Shown here in pieces: positions 48,396 to 57,631 of a stretch of 64,000 bases of DNA. Within the stretch, counting starts at the first letter, position 1, and the number at the start of each line of letters is the position of its first letter. The notes beneath the pieces were generated by a model. The model did not search any database, was not told the DNA's origin, and saw only the letters and a list, made by a program, of their open reading frames with translations. Location: the NCBI GenBank assembly GCA_021157625.1, contig JAGGWD010000003.1, forward strand, positions 10,633 to 74,632, read 5' to 3'. Source of the DNA: a bacterium. GTDB lineage: Bacteria; Patescibacteriota; Minisyncoccia; Minisyncoccales; JAGGXC01. Both the position numbers and the translations under genes were made by a program.

Positions 48396-48818
48396 TTATT
48401 TAATCTCAATTCCCATATTTTTTGCTGTTCCCTCGATGATCTTCATTGCCTTTTGAATATCATCAGTATTGAGATCTTCCATCTTCTGCTGAGCAATCTG
48501 CTTCAATTGTTCTTTTGTAATAGAGCCCACCTTTTTTCTGTTTGGCTCACCTGAGCCTTTCTCTATTCCTGCTGCTTTCTTAAGCAACTCAGAAGTAGGG
48601 GGTTGCTTTAATTTAAACTCATAGCTTTTATCTTCATAAATTTTAATTTCCACGGGAATAGTCCATCCCTTTTTGTCCTGAGTCGCATCATTAAATCTTT
48701 TACAAAACTCAGAAATATTTATTCCATACTGAGCCAAAGTAGGCCCTATAGGAGGTGCAGGTGTTGCTTGACCTGCTGGAATTTGAAGTTTTACTATAGC
48801 CTGAATCTTTTTTTCCAT
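48396..48818 (-). CDS. rplK: 50S ribosomal protein L11
   Basis: [27 protein letters not shown] pattern. Confidence 0.96.
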   Translation of the reverse strand: MEKKIQAIVKLQIPAGQATPAPPIGPTLAQYGINISEFCKRFNDATQDKKGWTIPVEIKIYEDKSYEFKLKQPPTSELLKKAAGIEKGSGEPNRKKVGSITKEQLKQIAQQKMEDLNTDDIQKAMKIIEGTAKNMGIEIK

Positions 48819-48823
48819 AGTTT

Positions 48824-49369
48824 TTAAACTTTTTTAATCTGAAGAGAATCAAGTTCCACAGGTGTATCCCTGCCAAACATATCAACAAGCACTTTAATCT
48901 TGCCTCTTTCTGTATCGACCGACTCCACCTTTCCATCTAAATCCTTAAAGGGACCATCAATAATTTTCACTAGATCTCCTTTCTTAAAGTCAATTTTATA
49001 TTTGGGTTCTTTTACTCCGATCCTCTTCTTTAACTCCTGAATTTCTTCTAATTTCACAGGAATAGGAGTAGTTCCTGCACCAATGAATCCTGTTACTCCT
49101 GGTGTATTTCTTACTACATACCAAGAATCATCAGTCACAATCATCTCTACCAACACATAACCCGGATATATTTTCTCTTCCACTACTCTTCTTTTACCAT
49201 TCTTAATTTTTATTTTCTTCTCTTTGGGAACCAAAACATTAAAAATCTTATCTTCCATTCCCAAATTCTCGATGCGCTGCTTTAAATTCTTTGCCACAGC
49301 ATCTTCATATCCAGAATAAGTGTGGATCACATACCATCTTCTTTCTTTTGGAAGTTTTTGTCTTGGCAT
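48824..49369 (-). CDS. nusG: Transcription termination/antitermination factor NusG
   Basis: [14 protein letters not shown] domain and the C-terminal KOW domain ([18 protein letters not shown]). Confidence 0.95.
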   Translation of the reverse strand: MPRQKLPKERRWYVIHTYSGYEDAVAKNLKQRIENLGMEDKIFNVLVPKEKKIKIKNGKRRVVEEKIYPGYVLVEMIVTDDSWYVVRNTPGVTGFIGAGTTPIPVKLEEIQELKKRIGVKEPKYKIDFKKGDLVKIIDGPFKDLDGKVESVDTERGKIKVLVDMFGRDTPVELDSLQIKKV

Positions 49370-49384
49370 AGGAGTTTGATATCA

Positions 49385-49588
49385 TTAGCGAAGAATAAAT
49401 ATATTGAGAAAACGAGAAAATATAAAATCAAGACCACCAAGAAAAGCAGCAACAGCAGCAGAAATGCCAATAACCATCATTGTATATTTAAGAGTTTCTT
49501 TTCTTGTAGGCCAATTTACTTTCTTGATCTCAAGATAAACCTCCTTGAGAAAAGAAACAATCTTTGAAAAAATATTTGTGATTTTCAT
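49385..49588 (-). CDS. secE: Preprotein translocase subunit SecE
   Basis: 67 aa with the KKVNWPTRKE motif followed by a single TM helix, upstream of nusG. Confidence 0.9.
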   Translation of the reverse strand: MKITNIFSKIVSFLKEVYLEIKKVNWPTRKETLKYTMMVIGISAAVAAFLGGLDFIFSRFLNIFILR

Positions 49589-49603
49589 AATTTGATCTGC
49601 TAT

Positions 49604-49626
49604 CTAAAAAGCCCTTTACGGGCTCC
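49604..49626 (-). terminator. Intrinsic terminator between capA-like gene and secE
   Basis: Minus strand reads AGCCC-GUAAA-GGGCU followed by UUUUU. Confidence 0.6.
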
Positions 49627-49634
49627 ACCTCTAA

Positions 49635-49663
49635 ATATTATCAGAATGAAGCCTCTCTGTCAA
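49635..49663 (-). promoter_or_regulatory. Promoter-like motif immediately upstream of the terminator hairpin
   Basis: Minus strand: TTGACA (49663-49658), a 17-nt spacer, then TAATAT (49640-49635). Confidence 0.35.
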
Positions 49664-49666
49664 ATT

Positions 49667-50680
49667 TCAAAAATAAGGCTGAAAATATTTTGAAATTTTC
49701 ACCTCTCTTTTCTTAATTTCTTTTATTTTACCATTTCTTATTTTAATCTCCAAGACAAGACCTCTCATTGTATCCTGTAAAAAACTTTGGTCAAAAACAA
49801 AGTTACCTAAACTATAAGCAATCCAACCATTTTTGTATTTTATCACTGGCTGGATGACATGAGGATGATGACCTATTACTATATCAGCTCCATTCTCAAT
49901 GCACAGTTTAGCAAATTTTCTCTGAAAATCATCGGGAAAAGAAACATATTCAACTCCTGAATGCAAAGAAACTATCAAAATATCTGTTTGTTTCTTTGCA
50001 TCTCTTATCTGTTGGACAATTTGAGGAAAATAATCCTCATCGATCCAGGCTATTCCAGGCATATTTTCCTTTGCAGACCAATTATTAGGTCCTAGATTTG
50101 TATATGCAAGAAAACCCACTTTTGTGTTTTTTATCTTTATTATTTTCAAAGAATAGGCTTCTTTTTTATTCATTCCTGCTCCCACATATTCAATATTGTT
50201 TTTTTTCAAAATATTCATTGTATCTATAAGAGCAACTCTTCCATAATCAAACATATGATTATTTGCTAATGACAAGATATCAAATCCTGCATATCTCAAT
50301 CCTTCTACTGCCCTGGGATCCATACGAAAAGAATAAATACTTCCTGACTTCGTGCCTCTATGTGAAATAGGACCTTCAAGATTTCCAAACAAAATATCTG
50401 CTTTATTTAGATTATTAGCTATTTTCAAAAAAGGAAAACGAAAATCTCCATTGCCTTTTTCCTCTATCACATACTCTACCCCTCTATTTAGCATTATATC
50501 CCCCACAACCAAAAGAGTAATTTCAGAACTTCTTGATTTTTTTAGCAATTTCATCAAATGATAATAGGAAATTGCTGAATTAATCTCGTCTTCTAAAACG
50601 GAGTGATTCAGGCAAAAAAATAAAGCACAAAAGAAAAAAACACACCAAATAAAAATTATAACCATTAAAAAATGCTTCAT
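49667..50680 (-). CDS. CapA-family metallophosphoesterase (poly-gamma-glutamate capsule synthesis-like)
   Basis: N-terminal TM helix plus VVGDIMLNR, GNLEGPIS, LANNHMFDYG and GHHPHVIQP. Confidence 0.8.
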   Translation of the reverse strand: MKHFLMVIIFIWCVFFFCALFFCLNHSVLEDEINSAISYYHLMKLLKKSRSSEITLLVVGDIMLNRGVEYVIEEKGNGDFRFPFLKIANNLNKADILFGNLEGPISHRGTKSGSIYSFRMDPRAVEGLRYAGFDILSLANNHMFDYGRVALIDTMNILKKNNIEYVGAGMNKKEAYSLKIIKIKNTKVGFLAYTNLGPNNWSAKENMPGIAWIDEDYFPQIVQQIRDAKKQTDILIVSLHSGVEYVSFPDDFQRKFAKLCIENGADIVIGHHPHVIQPVIKYKNGWIAYSLGNFVFDQSFLQDTMRGLVLEIKIRNGKIKEIKKREVKISKYFQPYF

Positions 50681-50756
50681 CTGTTTATGGCTAAAAATTC
50701 TATAGAACAGAGTATTAAAAAATAAGCTATTTTAAAAAATGAGCTCTCAATCGCAC

Positions 50757-52745
50757 TTAAATATCCAAATTCTTGACCATTTTGGCATGGGTCTGAATAA
50801 ATCTTTTTCGAGGAAGAACTTCTTTTCCCATTAGAGTATCAAAAATGCGATCGGCTTCTTTGGCATCTTCAATAGTCACTCTAAGAAGTATTCTATTCTT
50901 AGGATCCATTGTAGTTTCCCAAAGCTGATCGGGATTCATTTCTCCCAAACCTTTATAGCGTTGAATGCTGGGTTTCAGATTCTGTTTTTTCATATCTTCA
51001 AGAATTTCAGCTTTATCACTTTCGGTATAAGCATATTCTACCCTCTTCCCTGCCTGAATTCGATACAAAGGCGGCTGAGCAATATAGAGATATCCCTTCT
51101 CAATAATAGGCTGAAAATACCGAAAGAACAATGTCAAAAGTAATGTTCTTATATGCGCTCCATCAACATCAGCATCAGTCATAATGATTATCCGATGATA
51201 TCTTAATTTATTCAAATCAAAATCCTCAGCAATCGCGGTTCCTAGTGCTATAATCAACGATCTGATTTCTTTTGAAGCCAGTATCCTATCAAGCCGAGCT
51301 CTTTCCACATTCAAAATCTTGCCTCGGAGAGGAAGAATCGCCTGAAACCTTCGATCACGAGCTTGTTTACTGGAACCTGCTGCGCTCTCTCCTTCTACAA
51401 TAAAAAGTTCAGATTCTTCAGGATTGCGAGAACTACAATCAGCAAGTTTTCCAGGAAGAGTTAATCCTCCCAACGCTCCTTTTCGCAATACAGTCTGACG
51501 TGCAGCCTTCGCTGCTTTTCTGGCCTTCTGAGCTAAAAGACAATTCTCAATAATAGCTCGTGCATCCTGAGGATTTCTCTCCAAGAAATCTTCCAAACCT
51601 TCACTCACTACTCTTTCTACTGCTGATTTTGCTTCAGGATTACCCAACCGAGCTTTAGTTTGACCTTCAAATTGAGGATTCTGTAGTTTTACAGAAACCA
51701 CTCCTGTAAAACCTTCCCGAATATCCTGTCCAGTAAAATTCTCATCTTTCTCCTTGAGATAGCCTTCTTTTCGAGCGTAATCATTAAGGGTTCTTGTTAA
51801 AGCACTTCTAAAGCCTGTTAAGTGAGTGCCGCCTTCTCCTGTATAGATATTGTTAGCAAAACTCTCCTCAAAACACTCTCTTTCTTGAGTATATTGAAAA
51901 GCAGCTTCCACTATAACACCGTTGACTTCTCCGGAAGTATAGAAGATATTTTTTTGGCGAGGTTCGGAATTTTGAACTAGATATTTAATATAGGACTTAA
52001 GCCCTCCCTCAAAATAAAAAGTATAGGTGAAATGTTTCAGAGGATCTTTCTCTCTTAAATCTTTAACAGTGATTCTTACTCCTCTGGTTAAATAAGCTTG
52101 TTGACGAAGATGATTCAAAATTCGATTTCGGTCAAATTTAATCTCTTTGAAAATCTCTGGATCTGGCTCAAAAATGACTGTAGTTCCCGTTTGATTACAT
52201 TTACCCACTTTTTTTACCTTTGTCTTAGCCACTCCTTTGGCATATTCTTGGACATATTTATTCCCCTCCCGACATACCTCAACTCTCATCCATCTAGATA
52301 AAGCACAAACAACAGAAACCCCTACTCCATGTAGACCTCCAGCTACTTGGTATGCTTTTCCACCAAATTTTGCTCCGGCATGCAAAGTAGTCATTACTGT
52401 TTCCAGAGCAGATTTGCCAGTTTGGGGATGTTTCCCAACAGGAATTCCTCTTCCATCATCAGAGGTGCTTATTCTATTTCCTGCCAACAATGAAACTTCA
52501 ATGTTTTTAGCATATCCAGCAATTGCTTCATCTAATGAATTATCTACGCACTCCCATATCAAATGATGAAGACCATCAGGGCCAGTAGAACCAATATACA
52601 TTCCGGGCCTTTTCCGCACTGGCTCAAGCCCCTTAAGCACATAAATATCTTTAGCCTCATAGCTGGATTCCTTTACAACATTCTTCTTTGTTGCTTTAGT
52701 CTCTGAAGATGGTTTTTTTGAATTCTTTTTTTGTTTTTTTGCCAT
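50757..52745 (-). CDS. gyrB: DNA gyrase subunit B
   Basis: LEPVRKRPGMYIG, GGLHGVG, EGESAGGS (read EGESAAGS) and the PLRGKILNVE Toprim motif. There is a ~25-aa Lys-rich N-terminal extension. Confidence 0.95.
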   Translation of the reverse strand: MAKKQKKNSKKPSSETKATKKNVVKESSYEAKDIYVLKGLEPVRKRPGMYIGSTGPDGLHHLIWECVDNSLDEAIAGYAKNIEVSLLAGNRISTSDDGRGIPVGKHPQTGKSALETVMTTLHAGAKFGGKAYQVAGGLHGVGVSVVCALSRWMRVEVCREGNKYVQEYAKGVAKTKVKKVGKCNQTGTTVIFEPDPEIFKEIKFDRNRILNHLRQQAYLTRGVRITVKDLREKDPLKHFTYTFYFEGGLKSYIKYLVQNSEPRQKNIFYTSGEVNGVIVEAAFQYTQERECFEESFANNIYTGEGGTHLTGFRSALTRTLNDYARKEGYLKEKDENFTGQDIREGFTGVVSVKLQNPQFEGQTKARLGNPEAKSAVERVVSEGLEDFLERNPQDARAIIENCLLAQKARKAAKAARQTVLRKGALGGLTLPGKLADCSSRNPEESELFIVEGESAAGSSKQARDRRFQAILPLRGKILNVERARLDRILASKEIRSLIIALGTAIAEDFDLNKLRYHRIIIMTDADVDGAHIRTLLLTLFFRYFQPIIEKGYLYIAQPPLYRIQAGKRVEYAYTESDKAEILEDMKKQNLKPSIQRYKGLGEMNPDQLWETTMDPKNRILLRVTIEDAKEADRIFDTLMGKEVLPRKRFIQTHAKMVKNLDI

Positions 52746-52760
52746 ATCCTTAGAAATATT

Positions 52761-54815
52761 TTATTTTCTTACTTCCCATTCGGGATTTTCTTCTAAGGCC
52801 TTTATTATTTTATTCTGAAGCTCATCAATTTCTTCTTTTCTGAGAGTCCTGTCTGGAGCTTGATAAATGATATGGAAAGCTAAATTTTTCTTTCCCTCAG
52901 GAATTTCTTTACCTTCGTAGATATCAAAGAGATCAACATCTCTTACAAGAGGGCCACCTGCTGTATTTATTTTATTAAGCACCTCTACTACTTTTATCTG
53001 GCGAGGAACTAAAACTGCTAAATCTCTCACAGCTGCTGGAAATCGAGATATAGGCTGATATTCGTGTTCCTCGCAACAAAGATTCTGAAGTTTTTCAAAA
53101 TCAAGATCAAAAACTACTACCGAAAAAGAGATTTTTAATTTTTCAAGTATTTTTTTAGAAATCTCGCCAATAAATCCAACCTCGGTATGGTCTGTTTTGA
53201 TTTCAGCACATCTTTGGGGGCGCCAAAAGGAAATCTTTGATTCCTCAGGTGTGGGCTGAACTTCATCATACCAAACATTGGAGATTCCTAATTTAGCAAA
53301 CAATAAATCAATTATCCCCTTTGCATAATAGAAATTCTGAGTACCCGAGCCAGAAGTCAGAATAACTCCGGTTAATGCTCTCTTTTCTGAGATAGGTAGT
53401 TTCTTATATATCTTTCCTAGCTCAAAAATCTTCATTTCAGAAAAATATTTCAGATTCTCCTTCACATTTTTAAGCAAATTAGGAATAAGCGAAGGTCTCA
53501 GATACTTATATTCTCTACTGATTGGATTCTCTATTTCTATTAATTCTTTTTCTTTAAAAGAGAAACACTTAGCATCTTGATCGCTAATAAATGAATAATT
53601 GTATACTTCACAAAAACCCATCTCTTTCAAAATATCCTTTGCCATTCCTTCCCAAAAGACACTATCATTTCGCTCAGGAGGCAAAGCCAAAACTCTTGGA
53701 ATAACAAGGGGAAGTTTATCAAAACCATAGAGCCTACCTATCTCTTCAACCAGATCCTGAGGTATAGATAAATCTTGGCGAAATGTAGGCACTTCTACCA
53801 AGAGTGTATTTTTATTGTAATCCAATATTTTAAGTTCTAATTTTTTAAAAAATCGTTTAATCTGCGCAAGACTTACTTTAACACCTAGAATTTTCTCTAC
53901 CTGATCTAAATCGAGTTTAATTCTTTTTGGAACAACCTTTTTGGGATAAAAATCAATTATACCTTTTGCAACTTTTCCTTTGCAATATTTTTGGATCAAC
54001 CAACAGGCTCTATTAATGGCAAATAAAGTAAGGTTTGGATCAGGTTCATGTTCGAACCTTAAAGAAGCATCTGTTTGAAGATTTAACTTTTGACGAGCGC
54101 GGCGGATGGCTTTCATTTGAAAGTTTGCCGCCTCAATTACGATCCTTCTTGTTGATTTGCTAATTTGGGCTTTTTTTCCTCCTTTTATTCCAGCAACAGC
54201 TACCGGACTCTTTGAATCAGAAATGACCAAAATATCTCTATCTAATTGGAATTTTTTATCATCTAAAGTTATTATTCTTTCTCCTTTTTTTGCTCTCCTT
54301 ATAATTATTTTCTTGGGAATTTTGCCATCTAACTTATCAAGATCAAAAGCATGAAGAGGCTGCCCTGTCTCCAGCATTACATAATTCAAAATATCCACCA
54401 CATTATTAATAGGCTCCAACCCCATCCTCTTTAGGCGTTGCTGAATCCAAGAAGGAGATGAAGCTACATTCACATCAACCATTACTCTTGCTGTATACCG
54501 AGGACACAGTTCTTTTTCTTTCACTTCAACACAAACAAAATCGCTAATTTTTATATTTTTGTCTTCTTTGATTTTAAAAACTGGAGGCGTATAAACTAAA
54601 TTTGCTATTGCACAACATTCCCTGGCAATACCAAGATATGATAGACAATCATGAGCTCTATTTGGCAAAACATCAATATCAAACAACCAATCATTATCTA
54701 TCTTTCTTAATTCCTCTACCTCAAAACTATGCATTGTAATAAGGTCAGCTAATTTCTTTGCTGGAGGAATTTTGCCTTTTATGTAATCTTTAAGCCAATT
54801 ATAAGAAATCAACAT
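52761..54815 (-). CDS. pheT: Phenylalanyl-tRNA synthetase beta subunit (lacks the OB-fold tRNA-binding insert)
   Basis: MLISYNWLKDYI start, B3/4 and B5 regions, and the C-terminal FDX-ACB-like domain. At 684 aa it is about 110 aa shorter than the E. coli-type protein. Confidence 0.92.
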   Translation of the reverse strand: MLISYNWLKDYIKGKIPPAKKLADLITMHSFEVEELRKIDNDWLFDIDVLPNRAHDCLSYLGIARECCAIANLVYTPPVFKIKEDKNIKISDFVCVEVKEKELCPRYTARVMVDVNVASSPSWIQQRLKRMGLEPINNVVDILNYVMLETGQPLHAFDLDKLDGKIPKKIIIRRAKKGERIITLDDKKFQLDRDILVISDSKSPVAVAGIKGGKKAQISKSTRRIVIEAANFQMKAIRRARQKLNLQTDASLRFEHEPDPNLTLFAINRACWLIQKYCKGKVAKGIIDFYPKKVVPKRIKLDLDQVEKILGVKVSLAQIKRFFKKLELKILDYNKNTLLVEVPTFRQDLSIPQDLVEEIGRLYGFDKLPLVIPRVLALPPERNDSVFWEGMAKDILKEMGFCEVYNYSFISDQDAKCFSFKEKELIEIENPISREYKYLRPSLIPNLLKNVKENLKYFSEMKIFELGKIYKKLPISEKRALTGVILTSGSGTQNFYYAKGIIDLLFAKLGISNVWYDEVQPTPEESKISFWRPQRCAEIKTDHTEVGFIGEISKKILEKLKISFSVVVFDLDFEKLQNLCCEEHEYQPISRFPAAVRDLAVLVPRQIKVVEVLNKINTAGGPLVRDVDLFDIYEGKEIPEGKKNLAFHIIYQAPDRTLRKEEIDELQNKIIKALEENPEWEVRK

Positions 54816-54823
54816 AGTTGTTT

Positions 54824-55861
54824 TTAGAATTGTTTTAGAAAGCGTAAATCACCATTATAAAACAATCTGATATCGCCAATCTTATAAGTCATCATTGCCA
54901 ATCTATCCAGTCCCATTCCAAAAGCAAAACCTTGCCAGTTTTTAGGATTAAGCCCCCCCGCTTTCAACACATTAGGATGGACCATTCCACCCGGACATAA
55001 CTCAACCCATCCAGTTTGGCTGCAGGTTGAGCATCCTTTTCCCTGACAAATAAAACACTGCACATCTATTTCAAAACCAGGTTCCACAAAAGGAAAATAT
55101 CCTGGTCTCAGGCGGGTTTTGATTTTCCGATTAAAGAATTTTCTCAAAAATTGATCGATGATGCCTTTGAAATTGGTAACCGAAATATCTGTATCAATCA
55201 TCAACCCCTCAACTTGATAGAACTGAATATCATGAGAAGCATCAGATGCCTCATGACGAAAAACTCTTCCAGGAACAATAATCCTAAAAGGAGGATTGTG
55301 TTTTTCCATATAACGAACCTGAACAGGCGACGTATGAGTCCTTAAAAGCAATTTTTCTTTATTTCTTTTTTGATCGAGCCAAAAAGTATCCCAGAGATCT
55401 CTGGCAGGATGATCTTTGGGAATGTTTAAAGCATCAAAATTATACCATTCTGTCTCAATATGAGGACCCTGGACTACACAAAATCCCATAGATTCAAAAA
55501 TTTTCTCTACTTTTCTTCTTACCAATGTCAAAGGATGAAGATGGCCTGTTTCGGGTCTTTTTGCAGGAAGTGTAACATCTATTGATTCATCCTTCTCTGA
55601 TTCTTGCTCGATTTGTTTTTTTATTGCTATTTCTCTTTTTTCTTTCTCTTTCTCAATAATACTTTTTAATAAATTTGCCTGTCTGCCAATCTTGCTTCTC
55701 TTTTCTTTGGGTAGATTCTTTAAGGAACTCAAAATTTGGGTAATAATTCCTTTTTTACCTAAATATTTCTTAAAAATCACATTGAGCTCCTCTAAATCAG
55801 TAGCTCTTTTTATTTCTTTTTCTGCTTTGTTTCTAAGAAGAGAAAAGTTTATCCTCTCCAT
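54824..55861 (-). CDS. pheS: Phenylalanyl-tRNA synthetase alpha subunit
   Basis: Class II motifs (HPLT, FRIIVPGRVFR, GFAFGMGLDRL). Confidence 0.95.
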   Translation of the reverse strand: MERINFSLLRNKAEKEIKRATDLEELNVIFKKYLGKKGIITQILSSLKNLPKEKRSKIGRQANLLKSIIEKEKEKREIAIKKQIEQESEKDESIDVTLPAKRPETGHLHPLTLVRRKVEKIFESMGFCVVQGPHIETEWYNFDALNIPKDHPARDLWDTFWLDQKRNKEKLLLRTHTSPVQVRYMEKHNPPFRIIVPGRVFRHEASDASHDIQFYQVEGLMIDTDISVTNFKGIIDQFLRKFFNRKIKTRLRPGYFPFVEPGFEIDVQCFICQGKGCSTCSQTGWVELCPGGMVHPNVLKAGGLNPKNWQGFAFGMGLDRLAMMTYKIGDIRLFYNGDLRFLKQF

Positions 55862-55882
55862 ATTCAGATGATTCTTTCTTTT

Positions 55883-55911
55883 ATTCTACCTTATTTTTTC
55901 TCTTGACTCAA
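55883..55911 (-). promoter_or_regulatory. Candidate sigma70 promoter for pheST
   Basis: Minus strand: TTGAGT (55911-55906), a 17-nt spacer, then TAGAAT (55888-55883), 22 nt before the pheS ATG. Confidence 0.45.
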
Positions 55912-55955
55912 GCCCATTCCTGAGCAAGAATTTCTGTTTTTTCGTTCCTATTTTT

Positions 55956-55998
55956 AAATAAAAAATGAGGGGTTTTATTCTATTACTGCTATCCCCTC
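55956..55998 (-). terminator. Hairpin plus U-tract ending the small-ORF transcription unit
   Basis: Minus strand reads GAGGGG-N20-CCCCUC followed by AUUUUUUAUUU. The stop codon lies in the loop. Confidence 0.45.
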
Positions 55999-56130
55999 TT
56001 CTTTTAAAATATCCTCAAATTTCTTGGGCGAAGGTCCCAAAACCTGCTTTACCAACGGATGGTTTTTTGGAAGGTGCTTTTCTGATAACTTTCTTATCTC
56101 CTCATGCGTTTTCATTCCTTCCACCTCCAT
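55975..56130 (-). CDS. Unannotated small protein (51 aa from the first ATG; 46 aa from the SD-led ATG at 56115)
   Basis: Hand translation gives MEVEGMKTHEEIRKLSEKHLPKNHPLVKQVLGPSPKKFEDILKEEGIAVIE. GGAGG lies 8 nt before the second ATG. A perfect consensus promoter lies upstream and a terminator-like hairpin downstream. The ORF is below the track's 60-aa cut-off. Confidence 0.6.
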   Translation of the reverse strand: MEVEGMKTHEEIRKLSEKHLPKNHPLVKQVLGPSPKKFEDILKEEGIAVIE

Positions 56131-56134
56131 TTTT

Positions 56135-56163
56135 ATTATATCTCAAATCTTAAACAATGTCAA
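56135..56163 (-). promoter_or_regulatory. Perfect consensus sigma70 promoter
   Basis: Minus strand: TTGACA (56163-56158), a 17-nt spacer, then TATAAT (56140-56135). The predicted start is at about 56128-56130. Confidence 0.7.
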
Positions 56164-56236
56164 GCCCTACATACCAACACTTCTCCTCTCAACTTTTAGT
56201 TTTTGTATCATTTACTTAACTTTTTTATCATTTCAG

Positions 56237-57619
56237 TCAACTCCTAGCTTCTGAAATCAATTGATTGGAAATTCCCATCATTGTAATTGTAACAGTTGCT
56301 CCAAAAGGTTGTCCTAATTTATAAAAAGCAATTTCTCCTGCCGAAGAAATTCCAAAAATAGGCAAATCCTCTTTATTGAATGCTTGCTCTATAAAAGAAA
56401 TCTCTTTTGGATATTTTGTTCCCAAAATTCTTCCTCTCAAAGGACAAGAAAAATAAAACACAAAACCAAAATCATCTGTCCCTGCATCTTCTTTTACCAA
56501 TTCACACACTTTCAAAGTGGCATCGAGACATGTCTCTTTGGTAATCTTTGATAAAACCAAAATTGTATTTTCTTTTATGAAATTCATAAAGACAACACTT
56601 TTTCCTTCGTATCTTATAGGAATCACAGGCCACAAAAATCCCGTTGAGGTTTCTTGACGAGCGGGTAAAATTCCTTTTGTGCCAGCAATTAGAGGATCTT
56701 CTCTAATACCTGCTTCTTTGTAAATTTCTCTTAATCTCTCAAGTGCAGGTTTTCGGTCAATCTCTTCTACTTTATTTCCTTTTGATTTTGTCACAAGCAT
56801 TATTTTTCCCAAAGACTGAGCTCCTACAAAAGTTCCAAATCCAATTTCTAAATCAGAACCAAAAACAACACAAATTAAAGAATTCTGATAAACCTTGCCA
56901 TTGAAAAATTGAAAAGAAGGTAAAGCAAAACCTAATCCTTCTTTTTCTATTTTTACTTCTGCACTCACTCCTCCTCCTATTACTCTTGTGGTTCCTTTTG
57001 TGACAGAAGTAATTCCTTCTATAAATTGCTGATTTAACAAAAGTCCTTGAGCAGTATTGCCAGGAGTAAGAACAATTGCGTTTAAAGGTCTGAATCTTGT
57101 AATGTCTTTTACTCCTTTTTTTAGCATTGCCAAATAGGCTACAGAGGGATTATATTCTAAATTTTCTAAAGCCATTTCTATGGCTTCCTTTCCTGCTTTT
57201 TGAGGATTTAAAAAAGCATTTTCTCCTATTCCTGCTCCTACTGAAAGATACTCTGAAGAAAGAGCAATTACCGAAAAACCGAATTTTTTAAAAGGTTTTA
57301 CTATCTTTTCTACTCCTTTAAGTAAAAGACCTAAATATTTTCCCATAAGCTTTACATCAAGATAATATCTTCCTTTCGTAAAAAAACCTATCACTGGACC
57401 CCCCACCAAGGGAATATTTCTATCTCCGAACACATTGTATATTTCATCTAATGCCTTTTGATAGTCCTTTTCAGGATAAGCGCCAACAGTAAGAAAACAC
57501 ATCAAAAGTTTTGGTTTTTTTGAACCTATTTTTTCTTTTGCCTCCTTTGCTGCTTCTCTGGCAGCCTCTATTAAATTCTCTTTTTGGGATATACCTATGC
57601 CAGCATTAACTAATGGCAT
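56237..57619 (-). CDS. FIST (N+C) domain protein, stand-alone
   Basis: The N-terminal pattern (AGIGIS....EAAREAAKEAKEKIG..KPKLLMCF...PLVGG) and C-terminal pattern (FYFSCPLRGRILG...PIFGISSAGEI) match FIST_N/FIST_C as recalled. Confidence 0.6.
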   Translation of the reverse strand: MPLVNAGIGISQKENLIEAAREAAKEAKEKIGSKKPKLLMCFLTVGAYPEKDYQKALDEIYNVFGDRNIPLVGGPVIGFFTKGRYYLDVKLMGKYLGLLLKGVEKIVKPFKKFGFSVIALSSEYLSVGAGIGENAFLNPQKAGKEAIEMALENLEYNPSVAYLAMLKKGVKDITRFRPLNAIVLTPGNTAQGLLLNQQFIEGITSVTKGTTRVIGGGVSAEVKIEKEGLGFALPSFQFFNGKVYQNSLICVVFGSDLEIGFGTFVGAQSLGKIMLVTKSKGNKVEEIDRKPALERLREIYKEAGIREDPLIAGTKGILPARQETSTGFLWPVIPIRYEGKSVVFMNFIKENTILVLSKITKETCLDATLKVCELVKEDAGTDDFGFVFYFSCPLRGRILGTKYPKEISFIEQAFNKEDLPIFGISSAGEIAFYKLGQPFGATVTITMMGISNQLISEARS

Positions 57620-57631
57620 ATTAATAGAAAG

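Noticed and set aside
55862-55975. T-box or leader-peptide attenuator upstream of pheST.
   Set aside because: Only about 95 nt are available between the small-ORF terminator and the pheS ATG, which is far too short for a T-box. There is no specifier or T-box consensus and no Phe-rich mini-ORF. The region is better explained by a simple promoter (TTGAGT-17-TAGAAT).
55965-56254. Track ORFs 55965..56153 (+, 62 aa) and 56024..56254 (+, 76 aa) in the FIST/pheS gap.
   Set aside because: They have no Shine-Dalgarno or promoter. Their composition is the Leu/Phe/Pro/Ser-rich pattern typical of the antisense strand of a real gene. They run opposite to a small ORF that has a consensus promoter, an SD and a terminator.
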